In this document: one piece after another, positions 28,216-36,374 of the stretch
How the letters are laid out: the number at the start of each line of letters is the position of its first letter
Numbering within the stretch: the stretch's first letter is position 1
Origin: Patescibacteria group bacterium
Lineage (GTDB): Bacteria > Patescibacteriota > Minisyncoccia > RBG-13-40-8-A
NCBI GenBank assembly: GCA_043807255.1
Contig: JAZDGD010000001.1
Location: forward strand, 8,464 to 72,463
Reading direction: 5' to 3'
DNA: 64,000 bases
Notes under the pieces: generated by a model
What the model was told of the DNA's origin: nothing
The model's input: only the letters and a program-made list of their open reading frames with translations
The model's database searches: none
Program-made: the position numbers and the translations under genes

Positions 28216-30651
28216 ATGGATTATAATCCTCAAGAAATTGAAAAAAAGTGGCAGGAAAAATGGGAAAAACTTGGTCTATATAAAGCCGAAGATTTTTCTA
28301 AAAAGCTAAAACAATATATTTTGGTTGAATTTCCATATCCCTCCGGAGATGGTCTTCATGTTGGTCACGCTCGCAGCTATTCTGCGCTTGATGCTATGGC
28401 ACGCAAAAAGAGAATGCAGGGGTATAATGTTTTATTTCCAATTGGCTATGATGCGTTTGGACTTCCTACTGAAAATTATGCAATTAAGACTGGTATTCAC
28501 CCAATCGAGGTAACTAAAAAAAATACAGCGATTTTTAGAGAACAGTTGAAAAGTTTAGGATTATCGTTTGACTGGTCTCGAGAGATAAATACTACCGATC
28601 CCAAATATTATAAATGGACACAGTGGATATTTTTACAATTTTTTAAAAAAGGATTAGCTTATCAATCAGAAATGCCAATAAACTGGTGTCCGAAATGTAA
28701 AACAGGGTTAGCCAACGAAGAAGTTGTAAATGGAAAGTGTGAACGTTGTGGCACGCAAACCGAAAAAAGAAATAAAAAACAATGGTTATTAAAAATTACT
28801 GATTATGCGGATCGATTGATTGATGACTTAAAATTGGTTAATTATCCAGACAGAATTAAAAACCAACAGATTAATTGGATTGGAAGATCCGGTGGAACAA
28901 ATATAAAATTTAAAATCGGAGACAACGAATTAGAAGCATTTACAACAAGAATAGACACAATTTTTGGTGTAACCGCACTTGTATTAGCTCCCGAACATGA
29001 ACTAATTAATCAGCTGAAAAATAAAATCGAAAACCTAAACGAAGTCCAGGAATATATTAATCAGGCAAAGAAAAAATCGGAAATTGAGCGCATGGATTTT
29101 GCGAAAGAAAAAACGGGCGTTGAATTGAAAGGAGTTTATGCAATCAATCCATTAAATAATGAAAAAATTGCAATTTGGATCGGAGATTATGTAATTGCCA
29201 CTTATGGCGGGGGAGCAGTAATGTTTGTGCCCGCACACGATGAACGTGATTATGAGTTTGCAACGCGTCACAACATTCCCATTCGGGAAGTGGTGACGCC
29301 GCAGATAAGCGCAGATTTAGACGCAGATAAACGCAGAGATGGGGCGTTTACGAGCTATGGTTATTTAATTAATTCAGGAGAATTTAATGGATTGGACTCG
29401 GAAAAAGCAATAAAAGAAATTACAAAATTATTGGAAAAGAAAAAATTGGGTAAAAAAACGATTAATTATCATTTGCGAGATTGGGTGTTTACGCGTCAAC
29501 ATTATTGGGGTGAGCCAATACCAATTATTCATTGCGAAAAGTGTGGGGTAGTGCCAGTTGATGAAAAGGACCTACCAGTAGAACTCCCTTATGTTGAAAA
29601 ATATGAACCAACCGACAGCGGAGAATCACCATTATCAGTAATTGATGAATGGGTAAATGTAAAATGTCCTAAATGCGGAGGAAAGGCAAAAAGAGAAACT
29701 GACACAATGCCAAATTGGGCTGGTTCTAATTGGTATTTTCTTAGATATTGCGATCCGAAAAATGATAAAGAATTTGCAGATATGAAGAAATTAAAATACT
29801 GGATGCCCGTAGACCTATATAACGGTGGGATGGAACATGTAACCCTTCATTTGTTATATTCAAGATTTGTTTATAAATTTTTATATGATATTGGCGTTGT
29901 GCCAACTCTTGAGCCATATCAAAGACGATGTGCCCATGGCATGGTCTTGGGGTCTGATGGCAAGAAAATGAGTAAGTCTTTGGGCAATGTTATCAATCCG
30001 GACGAAGTCGTAAAAAAATATGGCGCAGACACGGTTCGTTTGTATGAAATGTTTATGGGACCGTATGAAGATGAAATTTCTTGGAGCACGGAAAGCCTAG
30101 AAGGTTGTGCAAGGTTCTTAAGAAGAATTTGGAATCTATTTAGTAATGATGAAAAGTTTGCCAAAGAAACCTCAAAAGATTTAATTCAAAAATTGCATTA
30201 CACGATAAAAAAGGTTAGTGACGATCTAGACAATATGAAATTTAACACCGCAATTTCAAGCATGATGGAATTTGTAAACGCATGGAGTGGAGAGAGGCAA
30301 GTTTTATCGAAAGCTGATGCAGAAAATTTCCTGAAAATTCTATCGCCGTTTGCACCACATATCACTGAAGAATTATATTCTAAAATTAAAAGTCAAAAGT
30401 CAAAAATTAAAAGTATTTTTGACGAACAATGGCCAGAATATGATGAAGAGTTAATCAAAAAAGACAAAATCGATTTGGTGATTCAAATCAATGGCAAAGT
30501 TAGAGATAAAATCGAAGTAAAAGCAGACATTTCCGAAAAAGAGGCAAAAGAACTAGTTTTATCGAACGAAAAAATAAAAACCTGGCTAAATAACCAAGAA
30601 CCGAAGAAAATAATTTTTGTAAAAAATAAATTAATTAACATCGTAATTTAA
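28216..30651 (+). CDS. leuS: Leucine--tRNA ligase
   Basis: FPYPSGDGLHVGH, DAFGLPTEN, FTTR.DT, KMSKS motifs. Confidence 0.97.
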   Translation: MDYNPQEIEKKWQEKWEKLGLYKAEDFSKKLKQYILVEFPYPSGDGLHVGHARSYSALDAMARKKRMQGYNVLFPIGYDAFGLPTENYAIKTGIHPIEVTKKNTAIFREQLKSLGLSFDWSREINTTDPKYYKWTQWIFLQFFKKGLAYQSEMPINWCPKCKTGLANEEVVNGKCERCGTQTEKRNKKQWLLKITDYADRLIDDLKLVNYPDRIKNQQINWIGRSGGTNIKFKIGDNELEAFTTRIDTIFGVTALVLAPEHELINQLKNKIENLNEVQEYINQAKKKSEIERMDFAKEKTGVELKGVYAINPLNNEKIAIWIGDYVIATYGGGAVMFVPAHDERDYEFATRHNIPIREVVTPQISADLDADKRRDGAFTSYGYLINSGEFNGLDSEKAIKEITKLLEKKKLGKKTINYHLRDWVFTRQHYWGEPIPIIHCEKCGVVPVDEKDLPVELPYVEKYEPTDSGESPLSVIDEWVNVKCPKCGGKAKRETDTMPNWAGSNWYFLRYCDPKNDKEFADMKKLKYWMPVDLYNGGMEHVTLHLLYSRFVYKFLYDIGVVPTLEPYQRRCAHGMVLGSDGKKMSKSLGNVINPDEVVKKYGADTVRLYEMFMGPYEDEISWSTESLEGCARFLRRIWNLFSNDEKFAKETSKDLIQKLHYTIKKVSDDLDNMKFNTAISSMMEFVNAWSGERQVLSKADAENFLKILSPFAPHITEELYSKIKSQKSKIKSIFDEQWPEYDEELIKKDKIDLVIQINGKVRDKIEVKADISEKEAKELVLSNEKIKTWLNNQEPKKIIFVKNKLINIVI

Positions 30652-30652
30652 A

Positions 30653-30769
30653 GCTCGAATTATTTATATAAAAGACACGTGTTGATTTTTTTAATAAAAA
30701 AATCACACTCTATCTCGGTCCGATGGCGATCGGACCTGCGATGCGGACTTTTATATAAACAATTCTCGC
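30653..30769. repeat. 117-bp structured dispersed repeat, copy 1
   Basis: Near-identical to 39273-39387; terminal inverted arms and two internal hairpins. Confidence 0.88.
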
Positions 30770-30777
30770 CAAGATTT

Positions 30778-31383
30778 ATGAAAAATATAGCGGTACTGGT
30801 GTCTGGTAATGGGACGAATTTACAAGCGATAATTGATAATGTAAAAGACGGGAAAATAAACGGCAAAATTGTTGCTGTGATTTCGAATAAAGCCGATGCT
30901 TATGGATTAGAAAGAGCAAGGCAAGCAGGAATTCCGGAATATTTTATTGATCACAAAGGAATTACGCGAGAAGAGCATGAACAAAAAATAATTGATATTT
31001 TAGAAAAAAATAATGTTGATTTAGTTGTTTTGGCCGGATATATGCGCGTTGTAACTTCGTTGTTTGTGAATAAATATAAACACAGATTAATTAATATCCA
31101 TCCCGCACTTTTGCCTGCATTTCCTGGAACCGACGGCTATGGTGATACATTTAATTATGGTTGTAAGGTTGGCGGATGCACAGTACATTTTGTTGACGAA
31201 GGAGTTGATACTGGTCCGATAATTATTCAAAGAGTTAACGAAATCAAAGAAGACGATACGTTAGAAAGTTTTAAACAGCGTGGATTAGAAATCGAACATC
31301 AAGCACTCCCCGAGGCAGTAAAACTTTTTTGTGAGGACAGATTAAAGATCGAGGGAAGAAAAGTGAAAATCTTACGAGGCTAA
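30778..31383 (+). CDS. purN: Phosphoribosylglycinamide formyltransferase
   Basis: VSGNGTNLQA, LAGYMR, NIHPALLPAFPG, VHFVDEGVDTGPII; ATG at 30778. Confidence 0.95.
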   Translation: MKNIAVLVSGNGTNLQAIIDNVKDGKINGKIVAVISNKADAYGLERARQAGIPEYFIDHKGITREEHEQKIIDILEKNNVDLVVLAGYMRVVTSLFVNKYKHRLINIHPALLPAFPGTDGYGDTFNYGCKVGGCTVHFVDEGVDTGPIIIQRVNEIKEDDTLESFKQRGLEIEHQALPEAVKLFCEDRLKIEGRKVKILRG

Positions 31384-31398
31384 GCCTCGTAAGATTTT
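31366..31398. repeat. REP-like palindrome supplying the purN stop codon
   Basis: AAAATCTTACGAGGCT-A-AGCCTCGTAAGATTTT; second copy at 31976-32002. Confidence 0.88.
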
Positions 31399-31408
31399 AG
31401 AAAATTCT

Positions 31409-31990
31409 ATGACAAAAAAAGAACAATTAGAACAACTAAATAAAAAAATGTTAGTTTGTTCAAAATGTGTTCTGCGAAAAACGTGTCGGACGGTGGTTCC
31501 GGGGGAGGGCAATGCCGATACGGAAATTATGTTTATTGGCGAAGGGCCTGGGAAAAAAGAGGACGAACTTGGTCGTCCTTTTGTTGGTTCTGCGGGGAAA
31601 TTTTTAGATGAAATGTTTGCGGCGATAAAAACTAAAAGAGAAGATATTTATATTGCCAATGTTGTAAAGTGTCGTCCGCCGGCAAATCGTGATCCATTAC
31701 CAAAAGAAGCGATTGCTTGTTGGCCATGGTTAGAACAACAAGTTAAAATCATCAATCCTAAATTAATTGTTTTATTAGGCAGACATTCAATGGAAAAATT
31801 TTTGCCGGGACAAAAAATTTCTCAAATTCATGGAAAAGCGTTGCGTAAAGACATGCCCGGTTTTGGACCAATGGTTTTTTATGTTCTCTATCATCCCGCT
31901 GCCGCACTCTATAATGGCAGTATGCGTGGAACATTAATCGAAGATTTCAAGAAGATTCCAAAAGTTTTAAGGGCAATCTTACGAGGCTAA
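31409..31990 (+). CDS. Uracil-DNA glycosylase family 4
   Basis: CSKC, GEGPG..ED..GRPFVG, NVVKCRPP.NR, YHPAA motifs. Confidence 0.95.
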   Translation: MTKKEQLEQLNKKMLVCSKCVLRKTCRTVVPGEGNADTEIMFIGEGPGKKEDELGRPFVGSAGKFLDEMFAAIKTKREDIYIANVVKCRPPANRDPLPKEAIACWPWLEQQVKIINPKLIVLLGRHSMEKFLPGQKISQIHGKALRKDMPGFGPMVFYVLYHPAAALYNGSMRGTLIEDFKKIPKVLRAILRG

Positions 31991-32027
31991 GCCTCGTAAG
32001 ATATTCGGTCCTTCAAGGACCGAATAT
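31976..32027. repeat. Two abutting REP-like palindromes
   Basis: ATCTTACGAGGCT-A-AGCCTCGTAAGAT overlapping ATATTCGGTCCTT-C-AAGGACCGAATAT (RAYT-2 REP). Confidence 0.88.
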
Positions 32028-32028
32028 T

Positions 32029-32070
32029 AAAAAAGAATAAAAAATAGGGAGCGTTCGACAGAACGCTCCC
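32029..32070 (-). terminator. Intrinsic terminator
   Basis: GGGAGCGTTC-TGTC-GAACGCTCCC followed by a T-rich tract on the minus strand. Confidence 0.75.
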
Positions 32071-32080
32071 AGCGATAATT

Positions 32081-32347
32081 TTAGTGAGAACCCCACCATC
32101 TGTCTCTGGCGTCTTTGTTGTTTCCTCTCAGTTTTTTATAATCGGACCAAAGCTGAATTAATTCCGGATATTTTTTGTTAATTTCGTCGTTATCAAGGAT
32201 TTTGCTGATTTTGTCTGTGGTTTTGATTATTTCATCCGCCCGTTGCAATATCTTACACGTTAGATCGCCTTGCACACAGTCGCATTGGCACACCCATACA
32301 TGGCCATGCACCACTCGCAATAATGTACATTTGTCACAATAACGCAT
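32081..32347 (-). CDS. Small Cys-rich hypothetical protein
   Basis: AAGGAGGTGG SD; promoter TTGACA-17-TAATCT at 32403-32431; own terminator. Confidence 0.7.
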   Translation of the reverse strand: MRYCDKCTLLRVVHGHVWVCQCDCVQGDLTCKILQRADEIIKTTDKISKILDNDEINKKYPELIQLWSDYKKLRGNNKDARDRWWGSH

Positions 32348-32462
32348 TCTCCACCTCCTTAATGTGTTTCTCGTTATTTAACGAGACTGAAAGAACAATT
32401 ATAGATTAACAGACAAGGAAAATCTTGTCAATCAAAATTTGAAGTGCATACGATCCTCTTTG

Positions 32463-32546
32463 TGCCCGGGGAGGGAGTCGAACCCTCATGACCTTGCGAT
32501 CACACGATTTTGAGTCGTGCGCGTCTGCCAATTCCGCCACCTGGGC
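32463..32546 (-). tRNA. tRNA-Leu(CAA)
   Basis: GCCCAGG acceptor, anticodon arm CACGA-CTCAAAA-TCGTG, long variable arm, GGTTCGACTCC; CCA not encoded. Confidence 0.95.
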
Positions 32547-32597
32547 ATGCTTGCCCCGCATTTGTGCGGGGGTTTATATCCAAATTACCACAAAATT

Positions 32598-34787
32598 TTA
32601 GGAATTACAATCTCTGTTACTACATTTTTTGCCGGTTTTTGTTTCGACCATAAAAAATCCACAGTTCGGACACTTTTGGTAGGTGCCCGCCTCTTCGGCG
32701 GGTAAAGGTTTACCCCAAAACGCAAAATCACATTTCGGATATTCGGTGCATCCATAAAACATTCCTTTCCTACTGCGCTTCATTGTTATCTTTCCGGTTT
32801 TACATTTTGGGCAATTTAAATTTAAATCTTTTTGTGCTTCTTTCTTGATGTATTTACATTTGGGATATGCCGAACAACCCTTGAATGAGCCATATCGTCC
32901 TTGTCGCATAACCAAGCTTGCACCACAATCAGGACATTTTTCTTCTAGCATCACGGGTTTTTCTCTGACTATCTCATTGCCTTCGCTGTCCAATTTTTTA
33001 GTGTTTTTACATTTCGGATAATTTGAACAAGCTAAAAACTTTCCATATCTTCCAACTTTTATTATCATTGCTGAACCACATTTTTCGCATACCTGGTCTG
33101 TTTTTGTTTCGGTAATATTTTTTTTGACTAATTCTTTTTCTTTGGCTACGATATTTTTGCCAAAAGGACCATAGAATTTTTTTAATGTTTCTCGCCATTT
33201 TTGTTCTCCTTCGGCAATTTTATCTAAATCGTTTTCCATTTTGGCAGTAAAATCAAAATCGACAATATTGAAAAAATGTTCCATTAATAAATCATTAACA
33301 ATAAAAGCAATTTCGCTTGGCTTAAGACGCTTATTCTCTGTTCTTTCGGCATAACCGCGATCGATGACCGTGGAAATGGTTGGCGCATAGGTTGATGGGC
33401 GACCAATTCCTTTTTCCTCTAAGATTTTAACGATAGTTGCGTCAGAATAACGAGCGGGGGGTTGAGTAAATTTTTGTAATGGATTTATTTTAATGCAATC
33501 AATGTTTTCTTTTTTTTCTATTTTTGGTAAAATTTCTTCTTTAGTAGAAGAGGGGTAGAATTTTAAAAAGCCGTCAAATTTTATAATTTGACCATTTATT
33601 TTAAAAGTATATTTATCGTCTTTAGTGTTAACATCAACTGAAGTAGCGTCAAATTTTGCTGGACTCATTTGACTTGCAACTGCCCTTTGCCAAATTAATT
33701 GATAAAGCCTAAATTGACTCCTGTTGGGGTCATTTTTTAATTGTTCGGGAGTTTTGCTTGTATCCGTTGGTCGAATCGCTTCGTGTGCTTCTTGTGCTCC
33801 TTTGCTTTTGGTTTTAAAATTTCTGGTTTCTGAATAATTATTTCCTAAAGTATTTTTGATATAATTTTCTGTTTCGCCAATAAATTTTTGTGATAAATTT
33901 AAAGAATCAGTTCTCATGTAGGTGATAAATCCCATTTCATATAATTTTTGAGCGGTCATCATTGTTTGTTTTGCAGAAAATCCTAAACGTCTATTTGCTT
34001 CTTGTTGTAGGGTAGATGTGGTGAACGGTGGCAGGGGATTACGGCTAACTTCTTTTTTGATTATTTCGGCAACATAATAATTTTCTTTAGACAATATTTC
34101 TAAAAGTTTATCGGCTTCTTTTTGTGACTTAATTTCTATTTTGTCTATTGTTTTGCCGTCTATTTTTTGTAGTTTAGCAGAAAATTCTTCGTTCCTTGGC
34201 GTTTTAAAATCTCCCAGTATTTCCCAATATTCTTCAATTTTAAAACCCTGAATCTCCCTTTCTTTCTCCACGATAAGGCGGACAACAATGGACTGAACTC
34301 TGCCGGCGGAAAGTCCCATGGCTACCTTTTTCCACAATAACGGAGAAAGCTTATAACCTACCAATCGATCCAAAATTCTTCGCGCTTGTTGAGCATCTAC
34401 CAAATTTAAATCAATTTTGCGTGGATTTTTTAATGCTTCTTCAATTGCGTGTTTAGTGATTTCATGAAAAACAATTCTCTTGGGATTTTTTAATTTTAAT
34501 GCCTCGGCTAGATGCCAGGCGATGGCTTCTCCTTCGCGGTCCTCGTCAGTTGCCAAGATAACTTCGTCTGATTTCTTAACTTTTTCCTTTAATATGGCAA
34601 TGTTTTTTTTCGCCTTGGGTATAATTACATATTTTGGTTCAAAATCGTTTTCAATATCAATCGCTAGTTCCTTTTGTGGCAAATCCCTTACGTGGCCAAA
34701 AGATGATTGAATGTCAAAATTAGATCCCAGAAACCCTTGGAGTGTCTTGGCTTTTGTCGGTGACTCTACGATAATTAATGTTTTCAT
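32598..34787 (-). CDS. topA: DNA topoisomerase I
   Basis: IVESPTKAKT, ATDEDREGE, ITYMRTDS motifs and C-terminal zinc ribbons. Confidence 0.98.
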   Translation of the reverse strand: MKTLIIVESPTKAKTLQGFLGSNFDIQSSFGHVRDLPQKELAIDIENDFEPKYVIIPKAKKNIAILKEKVKKSDEVILATDEDREGEAIAWHLAEALKLKNPKRIVFHEITKHAIEEALKNPRKIDLNLVDAQQARRILDRLVGYKLSPLLWKKVAMGLSAGRVQSIVVRLIVEKEREIQGFKIEEYWEILGDFKTPRNEEFSAKLQKIDGKTIDKIEIKSQKEADKLLEILSKENYYVAEIIKKEVSRNPLPPFTTSTLQQEANRRLGFSAKQTMMTAQKLYEMGFITYMRTDSLNLSQKFIGETENYIKNTLGNNYSETRNFKTKSKGAQEAHEAIRPTDTSKTPEQLKNDPNRSQFRLYQLIWQRAVASQMSPAKFDATSVDVNTKDDKYTFKINGQIIKFDGFLKFYPSSTKEEILPKIEKKENIDCIKINPLQKFTQPPARYSDATIVKILEEKGIGRPSTYAPTISTVIDRGYAERTENKRLKPSEIAFIVNDLLMEHFFNIVDFDFTAKMENDLDKIAEGEQKWRETLKKFYGPFGKNIVAKEKELVKKNITETKTDQVCEKCGSAMIIKVGRYGKFLACSNYPKCKNTKKLDSEGNEIVREKPVMLEEKCPDCGASLVMRQGRYGSFKGCSAYPKCKYIKKEAQKDLNLNCPKCKTGKITMKRSRKGMFYGCTEYPKCDFAFWGKPLPAEEAGTYQKCPNCGFFMVETKTGKKCSNRDCNS

Positions 34788-34799
34788 GCTTACTGATAC

Positions 34800-35672
34800 T
34801 TATTTTAGAATATAATTATTTTTGCCTAAATTTCTTATTGCATTTTCCATCTCTAAAATTGTTAATGTTGAATTTACAATAGAAGTTGGTAGCTTGCTAA
34901 GTTTTATGACCTCATCAATGTGTGTTGGTTGCAAAGAAAGAAGTGATAAAATAATTTCTTCTTCTTTGTTTTCTGGCTTGGCTTTGATTTTTGGCGTTTC
35001 TGAAAGTAAATGTGATAAATTTAATTCTTCTAAAACGTCTTCAATGCAAGTAACCAATTTTGCTCCCTGTTTAATTAGCTTGTGTGTGCCTTGTGAATTT
35101 TGATCATAGACATTTCCTGGCACTGCAAACACTTCTTTGTTTTGTTCAAGTGCTAAATTTGCCGTGATCAATGCTCCACTTTTTTCTGGTGCCTCAATAA
35201 CTATTACTCCCAAGCATAATCCACTAACAATTCTATTCCTTTCGGGAAAAGTATAAATTGCACCAATTGTTCCTTCGGGATATTCAGTGATTACTGCGCC
35301 ATTTTGAGCAATTTCTTCGCTTAATGCATAATTTTGTGATGGAGAAAAACTCCCTTGATCCATTCCGCTACCCAATACTGCGATTGTTCTTCCTCCGGCC
35401 TCAAGCGCTGCCTTGTGTGCAAATGTATCAATGCCTCGAGCCAAACCGCTAACAATTGTAATTCCAAGTTTAGCTAATTTTGAAGACAAGTCAAGCGCGA
35501 CTTGTTTCCCGTATGCAGAATATTTGCGCGTTCCGACGATTGCAATCGCAACTTTGTCCTGGTTTTTGATCTCTCCCTTAATAAATAATTGTTTGGGAGG
35601 ATTGTGTATCTCCTTTAAGGAAGGGGGATATTCTTTATCATTAATTGTGATTTTTCTTGAAGTACTTGACAT
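34800..35672 (-). CDS. dprA: DNA-processing protein DprA
   Basis: IVGTR, VSGLARGID, FPERNRIVSGL, SGALITA motifs. Confidence 0.96.
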   Translation of the reverse strand: MSSTSRKITINDKEYPPSLKEIHNPPKQLFIKGEIKNQDKVAIAIVGTRKYSAYGKQVALDLSSKLAKLGITIVSGLARGIDTFAHKAALEAGGRTIAVLGSGMDQGSFSPSQNYALSEEIAQNGAVITEYPEGTIGAIYTFPERNRIVSGLCLGVIVIEAPEKSGALITANLALEQNKEVFAVPGNVYDQNSQGTHKLIKQGAKLVTCIEDVLEELNLSHLLSETPKIKAKPENKEEEIILSLLSLQPTHIDEVIKLSKLPTSIVNSTLTILEMENAIRNLGKNNYILK

Positions 35673-35694
35673 AAAATTGACCGTATGCTATACT
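35666..35694 (+). promoter_or_regulatory. Sigma70 promoter for candidate ncRNA
   Basis: TTGACA-17 nt-TATACT with extended TGn; no plus-strand CDS follows. Confidence 0.7.
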
Positions 35695-35700
35695 TAGTGC

Positions 35701-35854
35701 ATAATAAGATATTCGTGTTTCTGGTCCTGCCTGATGAGTGACGAGAACCAATCTACCCTCCTTGATTTGGTTGTTAGTCAAAAAGCGTTTAGGGTCTCTT
35801 GCTTTTGTGAGAGAATCTAAACCACTCGCGGGTAGGACCAGGGACAAGAGATCT
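35701..35854 (+). ncRNA. Candidate structured ncRNA (6S-like rod or unknown sRNA)
   Basis: Closing stem 35717-35740 pairs with 35823-35845 (several G-U); two inner hairpins; consensus promoter upstream. Confidence 0.55.
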
Positions 35855-36374
35855 AAGAAAGCGGTATGGAAATCATTCCAACTGCTTTTTTAATTATCTC
35901 AGGTAGCTTTTCTTCTTCGGTCTTTGAAAAGTTCTTTAAAACAAAATCCGTCGTATTAACTTTTAATTTTTGACTTTGGACTTTTAATTCGGGCTGGATT
36001 CCTATACGAATTCGGGTGAAATTCTGGGTACCTAATTCATTGATAATCGATTGTACTCCCTTGTGTCCCGCGGATGAAGAATCCTTACTTACGCGAACAT
36101 CCCCAAACAACAAATCGATATCATCGTGAATGACAATTAAATTAGATACAGGAATTTTTTCATAATCAAGATATTCTTTTACTGCTCTGCCGGAGTCATT
36201 CATAAAATTATCGGGCTTCAAAAATATGATATTTTTATCCCGAGCGTTTATTCCGAGCAAAGTCGAGGAAGAGTCGAGGGACTCTAATCCATCAATAACT
36301 CTAAATCCGACATTGTGTCGGGTTTTTTCGTATTTTTTTCCAGGGTTGCCAAGTCCCGCAATTAAAGTTTTCAT
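35853..36374 (-). CDS. pth: Peptidyl-tRNA hydrolase
   Basis: GLGNPG..Y..TRHNVGF, FMNDSG, HDDIDL, GHKGV.S, RIRIGI motifs. Confidence 0.95.
   Translation of the reverse strand: MKTLIAGLGNPGKKYEKTRHNVGFRVIDGLESLDSSSTLLGINARDKNIIFLKPDNFMNDSGRAVKEYLDYEKIPVSNLIVIHDDIDLLFGDVRVSKDSSSAGHKGVQSIINELGTQNFTRIRIGIQPELKVQSQKLKVNTTDFVLKNFSKTEEEKLPEIIKKAVGMISIPLS

Noticed and set aside
30653-30769. T-box or purine/ZTP riboswitch upstream of purN and hisS
   Set aside because: No T-box motif or recognisable aptamer; the same element precedes functionally unrelated genes and has terminal inverted arms.
35731-35750. Hammerhead ribozyme core (CTGATGAG)
   Set aside because: No stem II followed by GAAA, and the segment is used in the long closing stem.
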